NCBI GenBank assembly: GCA_965112735.1 | Contig: OZ218960.1 | Location: 1,240,001-1,304,000 of the forward strand | DNA length: 64,000 nt | Direction of reading: 5' to 3' | From: Phaeosaccion multiseriatum | Lineage: Eukaryota; Protista; Ochrophyta, other classes | Shown here: positions 48,113-59,500 of the stretch, piece after piece | Position numbering within the stretch: the first letter of the stretch is position 1 | How the letters are laid out: each line of letters opens with the position of its first letter | Position numbers and translations under genes: made by a program | The notes under the pieces: model-generated | Told to the model about the DNA's origin: nothing | What the model saw: only the letters and a program-made list of their open reading frames with translations | Databases searched by the model: none

Positions 48113-49794
48113 GAGGAGGAGGAGGAGGAGGAGGAGGAGGAGGGGGAGGAGGAGGAGGAGGAGGAGCAGGAGGAGGAGGAGGAGGAGGAGGAGGAGGAGG
48201 AGGAGGAGAAGGAGGAGAAGGAGGAGGAGGAGGAGGAGGAGGAGGAGAAGGAGGAGGAGGAGGAGGAGGAGGAGGAGGAGGAGGAGGAGGAGGAGGAGGA
48301 GGAGGAGGAGGAGGAGGAGGAGGAGGAGGAGGAGGAGGAGGAGGAGGAGGAGGAGGAGGAGGAGGAGGAGGAGGAGGAGGAGGAGGAGGAGGAGGAGGAG
48401 GAGGAGGAGGAGGAGGAGGAGGAGGAGGAGGAGGAGGAGGAGGAGGAGGAGGAGGAGGAGGAGGAGGAGGAGGAGGAGGAGGAGGAGGAGGAGGAGGAGG
48501 AGGAGGAGGAGGAGGAGGAGGAGGAGGAGGAGGAGGAGGAGGAGGAGGAGGAGGAGGAGGAGGAGGAGGAGGAGGAGGAGGAGGAGGAGGAGGAGGAGGA
48601 GGAGGAGGAGGAGGAGGAGGAGGAGGAGGAGGAGGAGGAGGAGGAGGAGGAGGAGGAGGAGGAGGAGGAGGAGGAGGAGGAGGAGGAGGAGGAGGAGGAG
48701 GAGGAGGAGGAGGAGGAGGAGGAGGAGGAGGAGGAGGAGGAGGAGGAGGAGGAGGAGGAGGAGGAGGAGGAGGAGGAGGAGGAGGAGGAGGAGGAGGAGG
48801 AGGAGGAGGAGGAGGAGGAGGAGGAGGAGGAGGAGGAGGAGGAGGAGGAGGAGGAGGAGGAGGAGGAGGAGGAGGAGGAGGAGGAGGAGGAGGAGGAGGA
48901 GGAGGAGGAGGAGGAGGAGGAGGAGGAGGAGGAGGAGGAGGAGGAGGAGGAGGAGGAGGAGGAGGAGGAGGAGGAGGAGGAGGAGGAGGAGGAGGAGGAG
49001 GAGGAGGAGGAGGAGGAGGAGGAGGAGGAGGAGGAGGAGGAGGAGGAGGAGGAGGAGGAGGAGGAGGAGGAGGAGGAGGAGGAGGAGGAGGAGGAGGAGG
49101 AGGAGGAGGAGGAGGAGGAGGAGGAGGAGGAGGAGGAGGAGGAGGAGGAGGAGGAGGAGGAGGAGGAGGAGGAGGAGGAGGAGGAGGAGGAGGAGGAGGA
49201 GGAGGAGGAGGAGGAGGAGGAGGAGGAGGAGGAGGAGGAGGAGGAGGAGGAGGAGGAGGAGGAGGAGGAGGAGGAGGAGGAGGAGGAGGAGGAGGAGGAG
49301 GAGGAGGAGGAGGAGGAGGAGGAGGAGGAGGAGGAGGAGGAGGAGGAGGAGGAGGAGGAGGAGGAGGAGGAGGAGGAGGAGGAGGAGGAGGAGGAGGAGG
49401 AGGAGGAGGAGGAGGAGGAGGAGGAGGAGGAGGAGGAGGAGGAGGAGGAGGAGGAGGAGGAGGAGGAGGAGGAGGAGGAGGAGGAGGAGGAGGAGGAGGA
49501 GGAGGAGGAGGAGGAGGAGGAGGAGGAGGAGGAGGAGGAGGAGGAGGAGGAGGAGGAGGAGGAGGAGGAGGAGGAGGAGGAGGAGGAGGAGGAGGAGGAG
49601 GAGGAGGAGGAGGAGGAGGAGGAGGAGGAGGAGGAGGAGGAGGAGGAGGAGGAGGAGGAGGAGGAGGAGGAGGAGGAGGAGGAGGAGGAGGAGGAGGAGG
49701 AGGAGGAGGAGGAGGAGGAGGAGGAGGAGGAGGAGGAGGAGGAGGAGGAGGAGGAGGAGGAGGAGGAGGAGGAGGAGGAGGAGGAGGAGGAGGA
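48113..49794. repeat. ~1.7-kb (GAG)n trinucleotide tract
   Basis: Essentially uninterrupted from about 48250 to 49794. Confidence 0.95.
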
Positions 49795-50367
49795 AGGAGA
49801 CATGGAGGAGGGAGGAGGAAGGAGACATGGAGGAGGAGGAGAAGAAGGAGGAGGAAGGAGGCTCGGAGGAGGAGGATGATGATGTGTTTGGCGAGGCAAA
49901 CGCGGCAGAGCACCCTATCCAAAGCCATCACTCCACTGCCACATCCGCCGACCACTACCATCCCCCATCCACTGCCATCCCTTCCCTCCCTCCCTCCCCT
50001 CCTTTACCGGTACAACTGCAAACCCTGCTCCGCTCTGCTGTGCTGTGCTGCTCCTTCCACCCCACCCAGGAGGCTGTTGGCTGCCCCCAGGCGGGGACCC
50101 GAGACTCGGGAAGATACGGCACTGAACAGAACGCCAAATGCATTACTTAAATCGTGAGTGAGGCAGCACCCGTATTGTAGGGCATTCCGTGGTGGCTGAC
50201 AGCATGACGACTCAGCCTACTGTCTCGTACTGCCTGTACGTAAATGAAAGAGAAGCATGCTCCCGAACCCAACTCAATTATCACCCCAAGCAAAACACTA
50301 CAAGTCAGGCACTCGCAGCTGAGCAGGGGCAAAGCAAGACGGCCCCCTTGCTTCTTCACACTCCATG

Positions 50368-53118
50368 TTAAATGTTGATGCTCGAGGCCACCTTGCTGGG
50401 CAGCAGGACCTCATACGGAATGGTGGCGCCCTCGTTCCGCTTGTTGATGATGAGCTCCACCGCGTCCAAGTTGCGTTTCAAGTTGTTGTACACCGTGGGG
50501 TACTGCGAACGGAACTCCACCCACTCAATCGGATTGTTCGAGTTGGGGATGCGCTCGCCAATCTGGTCCAAGGTGGGGTTCTCAGGCGAGGCCAAGAGCC
50601 AAGACACCAGTCCCTGGAAGACGGCGATTCCAAACCCGCGCGGATCGGTGCCACCGGGCACAGCAGCGAGGATATCAGCCGTGGTGATGTCCTCCTCGCC
50701 GTCGGGAACGCCCGCGAAGATGGAAGCAGGGCGGTTGATTGGGGTCGCCGTGTACGGGTATTGCACATAGTTGAGGGCCGAGTGTTGAGCAGAGGCTGCC
50801 CAGACGATGGTGGTGAGCACCTTGACGAGCAACTGCTTCTCCGCAATACTCTCCGGAAAGCCGGAAATGTCCGCCTTGGTACACGCCTCGGTGCACCACT
50901 CTTGAATAATCTTGTCTGCCTTCACGTCCGCGTCGGACTCGTAGATTTCATCAACCATGTCCGAGCAGTAGCTCCACAAGGTGTCCCAAATGAGGTATCC
51001 GTCATCACGATAGCGGTACCCCTTAAACTCGTCACTGCGGCTAAAGCCGCGCTTAGCCAGCTCGTCAGGCAGCCCCCATGTCATGAAATCGTAGTCGACA
51101 AAGGCCTCCTCGATCAGTTGCACCCCCTGAGCGGTGCCGACGGCAAGGGTTCCATCCGTAATGGCGCCTTCATCCGCCACGAGAGTTTGGCGCCCCAGGT
51201 AGTTGATGCCGATGCTGCCGCGAAAGTGAGGCTTGAGGAAGTCCCCGAGGGGGTGCTTGTTCTTCTCCAGCACGTTGTGGCACGCAACAACCATCGGCTC
51301 GACGGCCAGGTGCGTAAAGCCCAGGTGGTTGGTGAACTGATGGACTTGATTGTCAGCGCAGTTGACATGCAGCTTGGCGAAGAGGTACTTGTTGGGTGTG
51401 CTCGAATCCGGCGTGTACACAGGCGCATCCTCCCTCTCCGGCTCCAACAGAATCCCCAGGACGGAGAGCTCCTCGGCACCAGTGCGGTAGATCAACATGG
51501 TTGGAGCATAGAGTGTGACGCCGTTGAGGTTCAGATCCATATGGCGGAGGGGCTTGTAGTCCAAGACGTAGAGACGCTTCTCCTCCACGAGCTTGTCCAC
51601 GTCCGAGCCATCCTTCGCCTTGAGTGCGAGGAGCTTGGCGGGAAGACCGGCCTTGTCCTCGCCCCCCACCACTCGGGCTTGGATAGGGTTGAGGCCAGCA
51701 AAGATTTGCCGGAGGAACTCCTCGTCTTGCGCCCAAAGGTTGTTGTTCAGGATGCTCGGTATCGGAATGTGTCCTCCTTTGCCCTCCTTTGAGAAGTAAG
51801 CGGCATAGCGCTCGTAGGTGCTGGCCACCGGGATGAGCCGACGTTGCAGATCGAACTGCGTCTCAATGTACTCGAAGATAGCGTTGAAGATAAGCCCAAC
51901 CTTGCGAGGAGGAAGCACCTCCGAGCGGGGCAGACCCTTGACGTTGGTGGGCAGGCCTGCTGCCTTGCGGGCGTACTCCCAAACGGGCAGCTCCGGTGCC
52001 GAAGCGAACTTGAGAATGTCAAACGCACGACTCTTGAGGAGATCGACTGCTCCCTGTAGCTTCTTGAGCGACTGCACCTCCTGCTGGGCCTTGGACAGGG
52101 GCAAGACGTCACCTGTTCGCAAGGTCAGCTCCAGGTCCACAGTCACTGTGGCACCCTCCTTGCCGCCTTCAAGGTCCAGCGTCATCGTGACGGGCTCACC
52201 ACTGGTGAGGCCCTCCTTCTGAATGTCTACAACGGCGTTGCCGAGCCACCTGTCGATGCCCATCTCACGCTCGTACACTGTGATGAGGGCCTTGCTATCC
52301 TCCTTCAGCACGTCGAAGCAAACGGGCGCGGCGCGAAAGGAAGGAGAGCTTCCAAACTCCTTGGACTTGACGGTTACCGGCGGCGCTCCGTCCACGGCAA
52401 TGTTGGCGTAGGATGTAACCAAGAGGTTGGACGAGAGATTCTCCCCACTGACCACCGTCACGTCCAGCGTGCCCAGGGAAGGATTGATCGTACTCTGCAA
52501 GTGATCAATCCCATCCTTGTAGCCTTTCGCTTGGGCGCCGACAAGCATGTTGACGGCGGGGGAGTCGGTCCAAGAGCGCCACAAAACGTTTGTTGAGTCA
52601 CCGTTGGCAGTGAGAGAAACCACCGTCTGGATAGCCTCAATCTTGAACGGAAGGCCTTTCATCGAGACGAGGTCGTAGCGCAACACATAATTGCTGGGGT
52701 CACGGGCCACCAACACTTCCTTGGTGGTCAAGCTGGGGCGGTCCTTGAAGACGAAAGTGCGGGTGTCGCCAATGTCGTTGCCCGTAGACTCATAGTCGGT
52801 GTAGATGGGCCACCAGTCGTTCATGCCCTCGAAGTTGGAGAGGAGTCCCCACACCTTGTCGATGGGTGCATCGACCGTTCCAGTAGCAATGGCAGTGGCG
52901 GTACCGTCGGGAATGGTCGCCGCTGTGGCGGCAGGAGGAGCAAGGGTGTGTGAAGCTCCTGCTGCTGCTGCTGGTGTTGAACTTTTCGCAGATGCCCGCG
53001 CCATCGACTGGCGACTGCTGACAGGGGAGTGGTCGAAGGGCGCGATGGGTGCGAACCCCTCTGACAGCAGGGTAGTGGTCGCGGCCGCGATGGCCAGGAC
53101 CATCAGCTGGAGCCTCAT
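50368..53118 (-). CDS. LOX: Lipoxygenase with N-terminal SRPBCC/START-like and C2 domains; putatively plastid-targeted; intronless CDS (916 aa)
   Basis: MRLQLMVLAIAAATTTLLSEG-FAP presequence; VDAPIDKVWGLLSNFEG..WWP..GDTRTF (SRPBCC); GTLDVTVVSGENL..ITVYE..DRWLGNAVVDI (C2); WAQDEEFLRQIFAGLNP, HQFTNHLGFTH, HPLGDFLKPHF, YRYRDDG, QHSALN and C-terminal SINI (all iron ligands). Confidence 0.95.
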   Translation of the reverse strand: MRLQLMVLAIAAATTTLLSEGFAPIAPFDHSPVSSRQSMARASAKSSTPAAAAGASHTLAPPAATAATIPDGTATAIATGTVDAPIDKVWGLLSNFEGMNDWWPIYTDYESTGNDIGDTRTFVFKDRPSLTTKEVLVARDPSNYVLRYDLVSMKGLPFKIEAIQTVVSLTANGDSTNVLWRSWTDSPAVNMLVGAQAKGYKDGIDHLQSTINPSLGTLDVTVVSGENLSSNLLVTSYANIAVDGAPPVTVKSKEFGSSPSFRAAPVCFDVLKEDSKALITVYEREMGIDRWLGNAVVDIQKEGLTSGEPVTMTLDLEGGKEGATVTVDLELTLRTGDVLPLSKAQQEVQSLKKLQGAVDLLKSRAFDILKFASAPELPVWEYARKAAGLPTNVKGLPRSEVLPPRKVGLIFNAIFEYIETQFDLQRRLIPVASTYERYAAYFSKEGKGGHIPIPSILNNNLWAQDEEFLRQIFAGLNPIQARVVGGEDKAGLPAKLLALKAKDGSDVDKLVEEKRLYVLDYKPLRHMDLNLNGVTLYAPTMLIYRTGAEELSVLGILLEPEREDAPVYTPDSSTPNKYLFAKLHVNCADNQVHQFTNHLGFTHLAVEPMVVACHNVLEKNKHPLGDFLKPHFRGSIGINYLGRQTLVADEGAITDGTLAVGTAQGVQLIEEAFVDYDFMTWGLPDELAKRGFSRSDEFKGYRYRDDGYLIWDTLWSYCSDMVDEIYESDADVKADKIIQEWCTEACTKADISGFPESIAEKQLLVKVLTTIVWAASAQHSALNYVQYPYTATPINRPASIFAGVPDGEEDITTADILAAVPGGTDPRGFGIAVFQGLVSWLLASPENPTLDQIGERIPNSNNPIEWVEFRSQYPTVYNNLKRNLDAVELIINKRNEGATIPYEVLLPSKVASSINI

Positions 53119-54543
53119 ATTGGACCTGTGACAAAAAAATGTTCCGTGGAAGAGCAACATGATAGGGAGCGAGTGAGGAGGGTAGCAGGGAGGACAATGC
53201 ATGCAGCCAGGGCTGGTGTTGGCCCCTGCTGCCTCTTCCCTCCCCGCCGTGTCAAAAGCTGCCCGCCCCTTTCGCTACATGGAGGCCGCCGCCCAAGGCA
53301 CAAGAAGAACAGCATTGGACCGCTCCTCCCCCTCCCCTCGCTCCCTCCCCACTGCTCGAGTCGAGACTCGCAGCAGAGCGATGCATGTGGTGAAGAAGGG
53401 CCACATACACCAGGTCACGCAACCGCCCCTTGAAGCTGCCCCCATCTTAGTAAACAAGCCCAACCCTGCACGGAACCCACTCCCCCCCCCCCCTCTCCCC
53501 TCTTCTTCCTCACGTTCGGCTCTTGGTTCTTCCTGCTGCTCCCTCGTCTGCCCCTCCTGTCCTGCCTGCTGGGGTGGCCCGCCCCTCGGCCTCTCTCAGC
53601 AGCAACAACCCTGCAGACCGCAGTCGCCTGCCTTCTTGCTTTGCTCCTGCATGCCAGAAAGGGAGGAGAAGAGAAGGAAGTGCATTTCACTTAGGAGTGT
53701 TCAGGCAGATCAAAAATAATAGCGGACCCCGTACCTCTCGCTCCTCCTCCTCCAATACCCTGCAAACACGACTTGCAAACGCCTTCTCCACTCTGGCTCT
53801 TTTGCTTGTATCGCCCACCAGACAAGGGGGGGGGCATTAGCCAGCAGTCTGCAAAAAAGCTTCAAGCTTCCGTCGGAGAGAAAACGGCGCGAAAATTAGG
53901 ATTGGGGAGAGAGCAAGGGGTAGCAATTGGGAGAGGATTAAAACAATAATTGACATCAAGCCTCCGCTGTGGTGCCCGCTGCTGCTGCGGCATTGCTCAA
54001 TCCAATTGCAACCAGCAGCAGCACAACTGCAATCCAACAATTGCAGCAGCAACAACAGCAGCAGCCAAAGCAATGGTAAGAATCTCGGCAGAATCTCGAG
54101 GGGTGTCGAGGGTGCTGCTGGGTAGACAGGAGGCGAGAAGCAAGAGATGAGAGAGCCTGCTCGAGAGAGAGTGCTTTACATCTGCTCTTCGTCTTCTCAG
54201 GCGGCACAGGGTCAGCCCCCCTCTCGCTGATTGGATGACCATGGTGCTGTTGGGGCTGGGGGGACGGAGGGGACGGAAGGAGGGAGGGAGGGAGGGAGGG
54301 TCGACCCCTGACGTGCTACCTGCTACCGCCGGCACCAGCCGGCATGCGACCTACCACCGCATCCGGCCTTGATCTGCTACCAGCCGACCAGGCAGCCGAC
54401 CGGCCAACCATTTTCAGTTTTCAGTTTTCAGGAAAAAAAAAAGCTTGAAGGCCAACCAGCCGGCCGGCCAAACATCAGCTGCCACCGCCGGCATGAGCTA
54501 GCTGCTACCTCCTCCCTCGATGCATGCCCAGCGCAGGTCTCTG

Positions 54544-54672
<129 letters not shown>

Positions 54673-54770
54673 TCGGCCCTGGACAAGGTTATCTGATTAC
54701 TGATTACGGCCGGCGCCAGCCGATATGTCGCCAGCCGGCCTGATTACTGATGCGCAGCAGATATGACCGG
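54673..54770. repeat. Right arm of imperfect inverted repeat flanking the LOX segment
   Basis: See 47921-48026; followed by an A-run at about 54780-54800. Confidence 0.8.
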
Positions 54771-54885
54771 TTTGGAAGGAAAAAAAAAAAAAAAAAAAAA
54801 TCTCAAAGGATCTCTAGATGGCACCTAATGGCGCTCACGTAGCCCTTTACTCATCTCTCTTCTTCCCTCTCTACAGCCTGTCCCC

Positions 54886-56490
54886 ATGGCGACAACCGAG
54901 GCATCGGCGTGGAATGGCGCCAATGCGAGCGAAATGTCGCAGGAAGACTTCATGTACAAAGACGAGGTCATCTTGCTCGATGAGGACGACAACATCATTG
55001 GCCACGAGAACAAGTACAAATCTCATCGCTTCATTCCCGGACAGGTACTGAGAAGCGAGAGAGAGAGGGGGGAGGAGGGGAGACGAGGGGGGTGGGGAGG
55101 GAGAGAATGAGGGGGATCAATGCTGCGATCTTTCTATTGCATGGAGGATCTGATTTGAATTTGTCGCTCGGTAGTCGTCTCCTGGAGGTGAGGAGCTGCG
55201 ATCGGGCTGAAAGCAACGGCACGAAAGAAAATTGCATACTCTTTTTCTGTGTTGCGACTCTTGTTAGCAGCAGTATCAGTCATGGCAGCAGGAGAGCGAG
55301 GAGATGAGAGAGGGGAAAGAGGTTGTTTCACTCAGCACTCACTCACTCCCTCCCTTCCTCTCTGCCTCCCTCCCTTCCTCCTCCCCGCTGCCATCTCTGC
55401 CGCCTCCACGCTGCCATCCCTGCCTCCCCCCCCCCTCTGCTCTCTACCTGTGCCTCCCTCCCTCTGTCCCTCCCTCGACTGACTCGCCCCTGCCGCCTGC
55501 CCTTCGCGGTCCAGCCTCGCGGCCTTCTGCACCGCGCTTTCAGCGTCTTTCTATTCAATTCGGCTGGAGATCTCTTGCTTCAGAAGCGAGCGGAGTCCAA
55601 AATCACCTTCCCCGGTGTGTGGACCAACACCTGCTGCTCGCACCCCATCTTTGGCTTCAGCCCCACTGAGGTGGACCAGCCCGCTGACGTCGCGAATGCA
55701 TCGGTCATGGGTGCGAAGCGAGCTGCCGTGAGGAAGCTGGACCATGAGTTGGGTATCAAGGCCGAAGACGTGCCCATTGATCAGGTTGGTTAGTGTGTGG
55801 GCGGAGGCGGGTTGAGTGCGAGGAGGGGAATTACAAGGGAGGGGAAGGGAAATGTAAAAAGGAAAGGCGTTGCGGTGTACGAAGTGCGGATCTGCTTGGT
55901 CGTGTGCTTGGTGAGGGACATCAAAGAAGCGCACACAAGCACGTATGCCCTCTCTCTCTTCTCTCTCTCTCCCTCCCTCCCTCTCTCTCTCCCTCTCCGT
56001 CTCTCCCTCTCTCTCTCCCTCTCTCTCTCCCTCCCTCGCTCCGTCTTCCTCTCCCCCTCTATCTCTTTCGCACCGCCGACTGCCTCAATACCAGCACCTT
56101 TCAATCCCTCCCTGCACACTACACTCACCCCCCCCCCCCCTATATTACATTTTATTATTTCCATGTTCCCCTTCGCTCAGCCCCACCCACCCCTCCATCC
56201 TCCATCCCTCCCCGCAGTTCAAGTTCATCACCCGCCTGCACTACTATGCTGCCGACAGCATCACCCACGGCGGCAACTCCCCCTGGGGCGAGCATGAGAT
56301 CGACTACCTGCTGTTCATCCAGTTGGCTGACGAGCCCGCCATGGAGCCCCATCCCGATGAAGTGGACGAGGTCAAATGGGTGTCGCAGAAGCAGCTCAAG
56401 GAGGTACGATATACACAAACCCTCACGTAAGGGGTACGTAAGAATAAGACACATGTGCCAACGACAGCACTGCGCTCTCTCCCTCTCGTG

Positions 56491-56557
<67 letters not shown>

Positions 56558-59500
56558 TGTGGTGGGTGTTGTGTTGCGTTGTGTCGTGTTGTTTCTCGCG
56601 CCGCAGATGATGCAAGAGCCGGACCTGTTGTGGAGCCCTTGGTTTCGGATAATAATGGAGCGCTTCGCCTTTGCGTGGTGGGCAGACCTCAAAACATGTA
56701 TGGCGACAGACAAGTATGTGGACGTGGAAACCATCCATCGTTTCGATCCTCCCAAGGAGCACCGAGGCGGGGCGGGTGTAACAGGGGTGCTCGAGAAGGA
56801 GGGAGAAGGAGAGGGGAAGCTCGATGGAGACAAGAAGCAGGGCGGGTACGGAAAGGTGAGGAGGAGGGGGACGGAGGACGAGGAGGAGGGGGAAGAGAAG
56901 GGGGGGGGGGGGGGCGATGGAGGAGGAGGAGGAGGAGGAGGAGGAGGAGGAGGAGGAGGTGGAGGAGGAGGAGGGGGAGGAGGAGGAGGAGGAGGTGGAG
57001 GAGGAGGAGGGGGAGGAGCAGGAGGAGCAGGAGGAGCAAGAGAAGACGGGAGAAGACGGAAGAGACCAGACCTGCCCTTTGCGGAAACGAACAAGTGTTG
57101 TGAAGCATACTCTCTCTCTCTCACACACCTGACGGTGTTCCAATGTGGACCCCCTCAGGTACCCATTTTGTCAGACCCCAAGTGGAAGCAGCTCTGCCAT
57201 CTCGACGAGGTGCTCGCAGCCTTGGCCTTCAAGTCGATAGGCCAGATGAGCAGCAAGATAGACACGAGCCCTGAGATAGACGGCTTCAAGCATGTGAAGT
57301 TTTGCGATAAGATGCTCGGGAAGGTCAGCAGGTCTTTCGCAGCTGTCATTCGCCAGCTGCCCAAGGTTAGTGAGGTTGGGAGGGAGGGAGGGAGAGGGAG
57401 TGAGGGACGGAGGGAGGGAGGGAGAGAAGGAATGAAGCCAATTACGTTCAATCATTCAGCCCATAACCTCCAACCCACAACCCCCATCCACTGCCATCCA
57501 CTGCCATGCACTACCATCCACCATCCCCACGCCCCCCTCAGGAGCTCTGCTTGGATATCCTCATCTTCTACTTGGTGCTGCGAGCGCTGGACACCATTGA
57601 GGACGACATGAGTGCTTTCCCTGACCCCAAGGACAAGATCGCTCACTTACAGACATTCTACAAGGTGGCGCTGAAGGATCCAAACTGGAGTATGGATGGG
57701 GTCGGGGAGGGGGATGAGAAGGTGCTGCTGCAGTGCTTTGGGAGAGTGGCCTCGGTAAGTGGGGTGGGAGGAGGAGGAGGAGGGAGGAGAAGGGGGCTTG
57801 GGAGTTTTTAGTTTTGAGAAGAGTTGTCTAGAAGAACGATCACTCATTTCCCTTGCTGTGCTGTCGTCTGCCTGCTGCTGCCTGCCCACCTTTTCACGAT
57901 GGCAAAACAACAAAAACAAACAAACAAACAAAACAAAACAAACAAAAGGTGTACCTGACACTGCCTCAGACAAGCCAAGACGTCATCGCCGACATCACCA
58001 TGCGCATGGGTGCAGGCATGGCGGAGTTTGTCAACAAGGACCTCGGCCAGGGTACCGACAAGGTTGCTGACTACGATCAATACTGCCACTACGTGGCCGG
58101 GCTGGTAGGGCACGGGTTGAGTCGGCTCTTCTCGGCAACGGGTGTGGAGGGGCCGGAGGTCGGGGAGGAGCTGGCGCTGGCAAACTCCATGGGGCTGTTT
58201 TTGCAGAAGACCAACATCATTCGGGACTATTTAGAGGTATGTAGGAGAAGGTATTTGGAAGGTATTTGGATGTTTTTGCAGAAGACCAACATTATTCGGG
58301 ACTATTTAAGGTATATAGGGGAAGGTATTTGGAAGGTATTTGGATGTTCTTGCAGAAGACCAACATCATTCGGGACTATTTAGAGATGTGTAGGGGAAGG
58401 TAGGAAGGAAATGGGATGTATATTGGCGTATGTATATGTATGTATATTGTTGGAATGTTTTCCGTGTGGAGGGTGTGCAAGGGAGAGCGTGACGTCATTG
58501 GGTGTGTGGGTGGGGTTGGGGGCCTGGGATTTGGATTTGATTTTTGACTCATTTCCGAATCTTTTTTTGTATTTCGGCGCTAGAGCCGCTCCTCTCGAGC
58601 CTCTTCCTGTCACTTATCCTCCCATCTCTCTCTCTCTCTCTCTCTCCCCCTCTCTCTCTCTCTCTCTCTCTCCGTCTCTCTCTCTCTCCCTCTCTCTCCC
58701 CCTCTCTGTCTCTCTCTGTCTCTCTCTCTCTTTCATCTTCTCTTTCTCTCCTCTCTCTCCCTCCCTCCCTCCCTCCCTCTCTCCGTCTCGCCCTCCCTCC
58801 TGCTCTCCCTCTCCCTTTCCCTCCCTCTCTCCACCTCTCTCCCCCCCTCCTCCCCCCCTCCCCTCCCTCCCTCCCTCCCTCTCTCCCTCCCACTTTTTCT
58901 TGTATCCCTTTTCAACTAAAGGATTATGTGGACGGGCGTGCGTTTTGGCCGGCGGAGGTGTGGAAGAAGTACAGCAAGACCGGCCAATTGGGAGAATTCG
59001 CCTTGCCCAAATTCCAGAGCGGGGTGAGTGAGTGAGTGGCCCGGCGGGCGGCCGCGGGCGGGCGGGTGGGTGAGAGAAGATGGAGGGAGGGAGGGAGGGA
59101 GGGGACATGCATCATCACCATCATTCACCCTCTCCTCTCCTTTCATCCCTCCCTGCACCATCATTGCACATCGCTGGACCCACCCACCTTCCCCCCTTCC
59201 TCGCTTTCGCCATCATGGCTTTATAACCCCCCCCCCCACACACGCACCCACCCAGGCTCTGGCCTGTCTGAACCACCTCGTCACGGACGCATTGGAGCTG
59301 GTGCCGGACTGTTTCGCTTACATGGAGGGCCTGCACAACGAGGAGGTGTTCAGCTTTTGCGCCATCCCGCAGGTACACGACTTTGTTGCTTGGGGTTGGG
59401 GACCAAGTGGTGGGTGTTGGGGGTGTTGGTGCGCGAGGTTGGGTACCGGCCCTTTTTGAGTGAATCGAAGAGTTGAAAGTCATGTGCGCAAGCCTTCGAA

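Noticed and set aside
47968-50150. 600-700-aa poly-S/L/P/E/R ORFs
   Set aside because: Stop-free translations of the (GAG)n tract in multiple frames on both strands; not genes
50365-51792. 475-aa + strand ORF
   Set aside because: Antisense shadow of the GC3-rich LOX CDS
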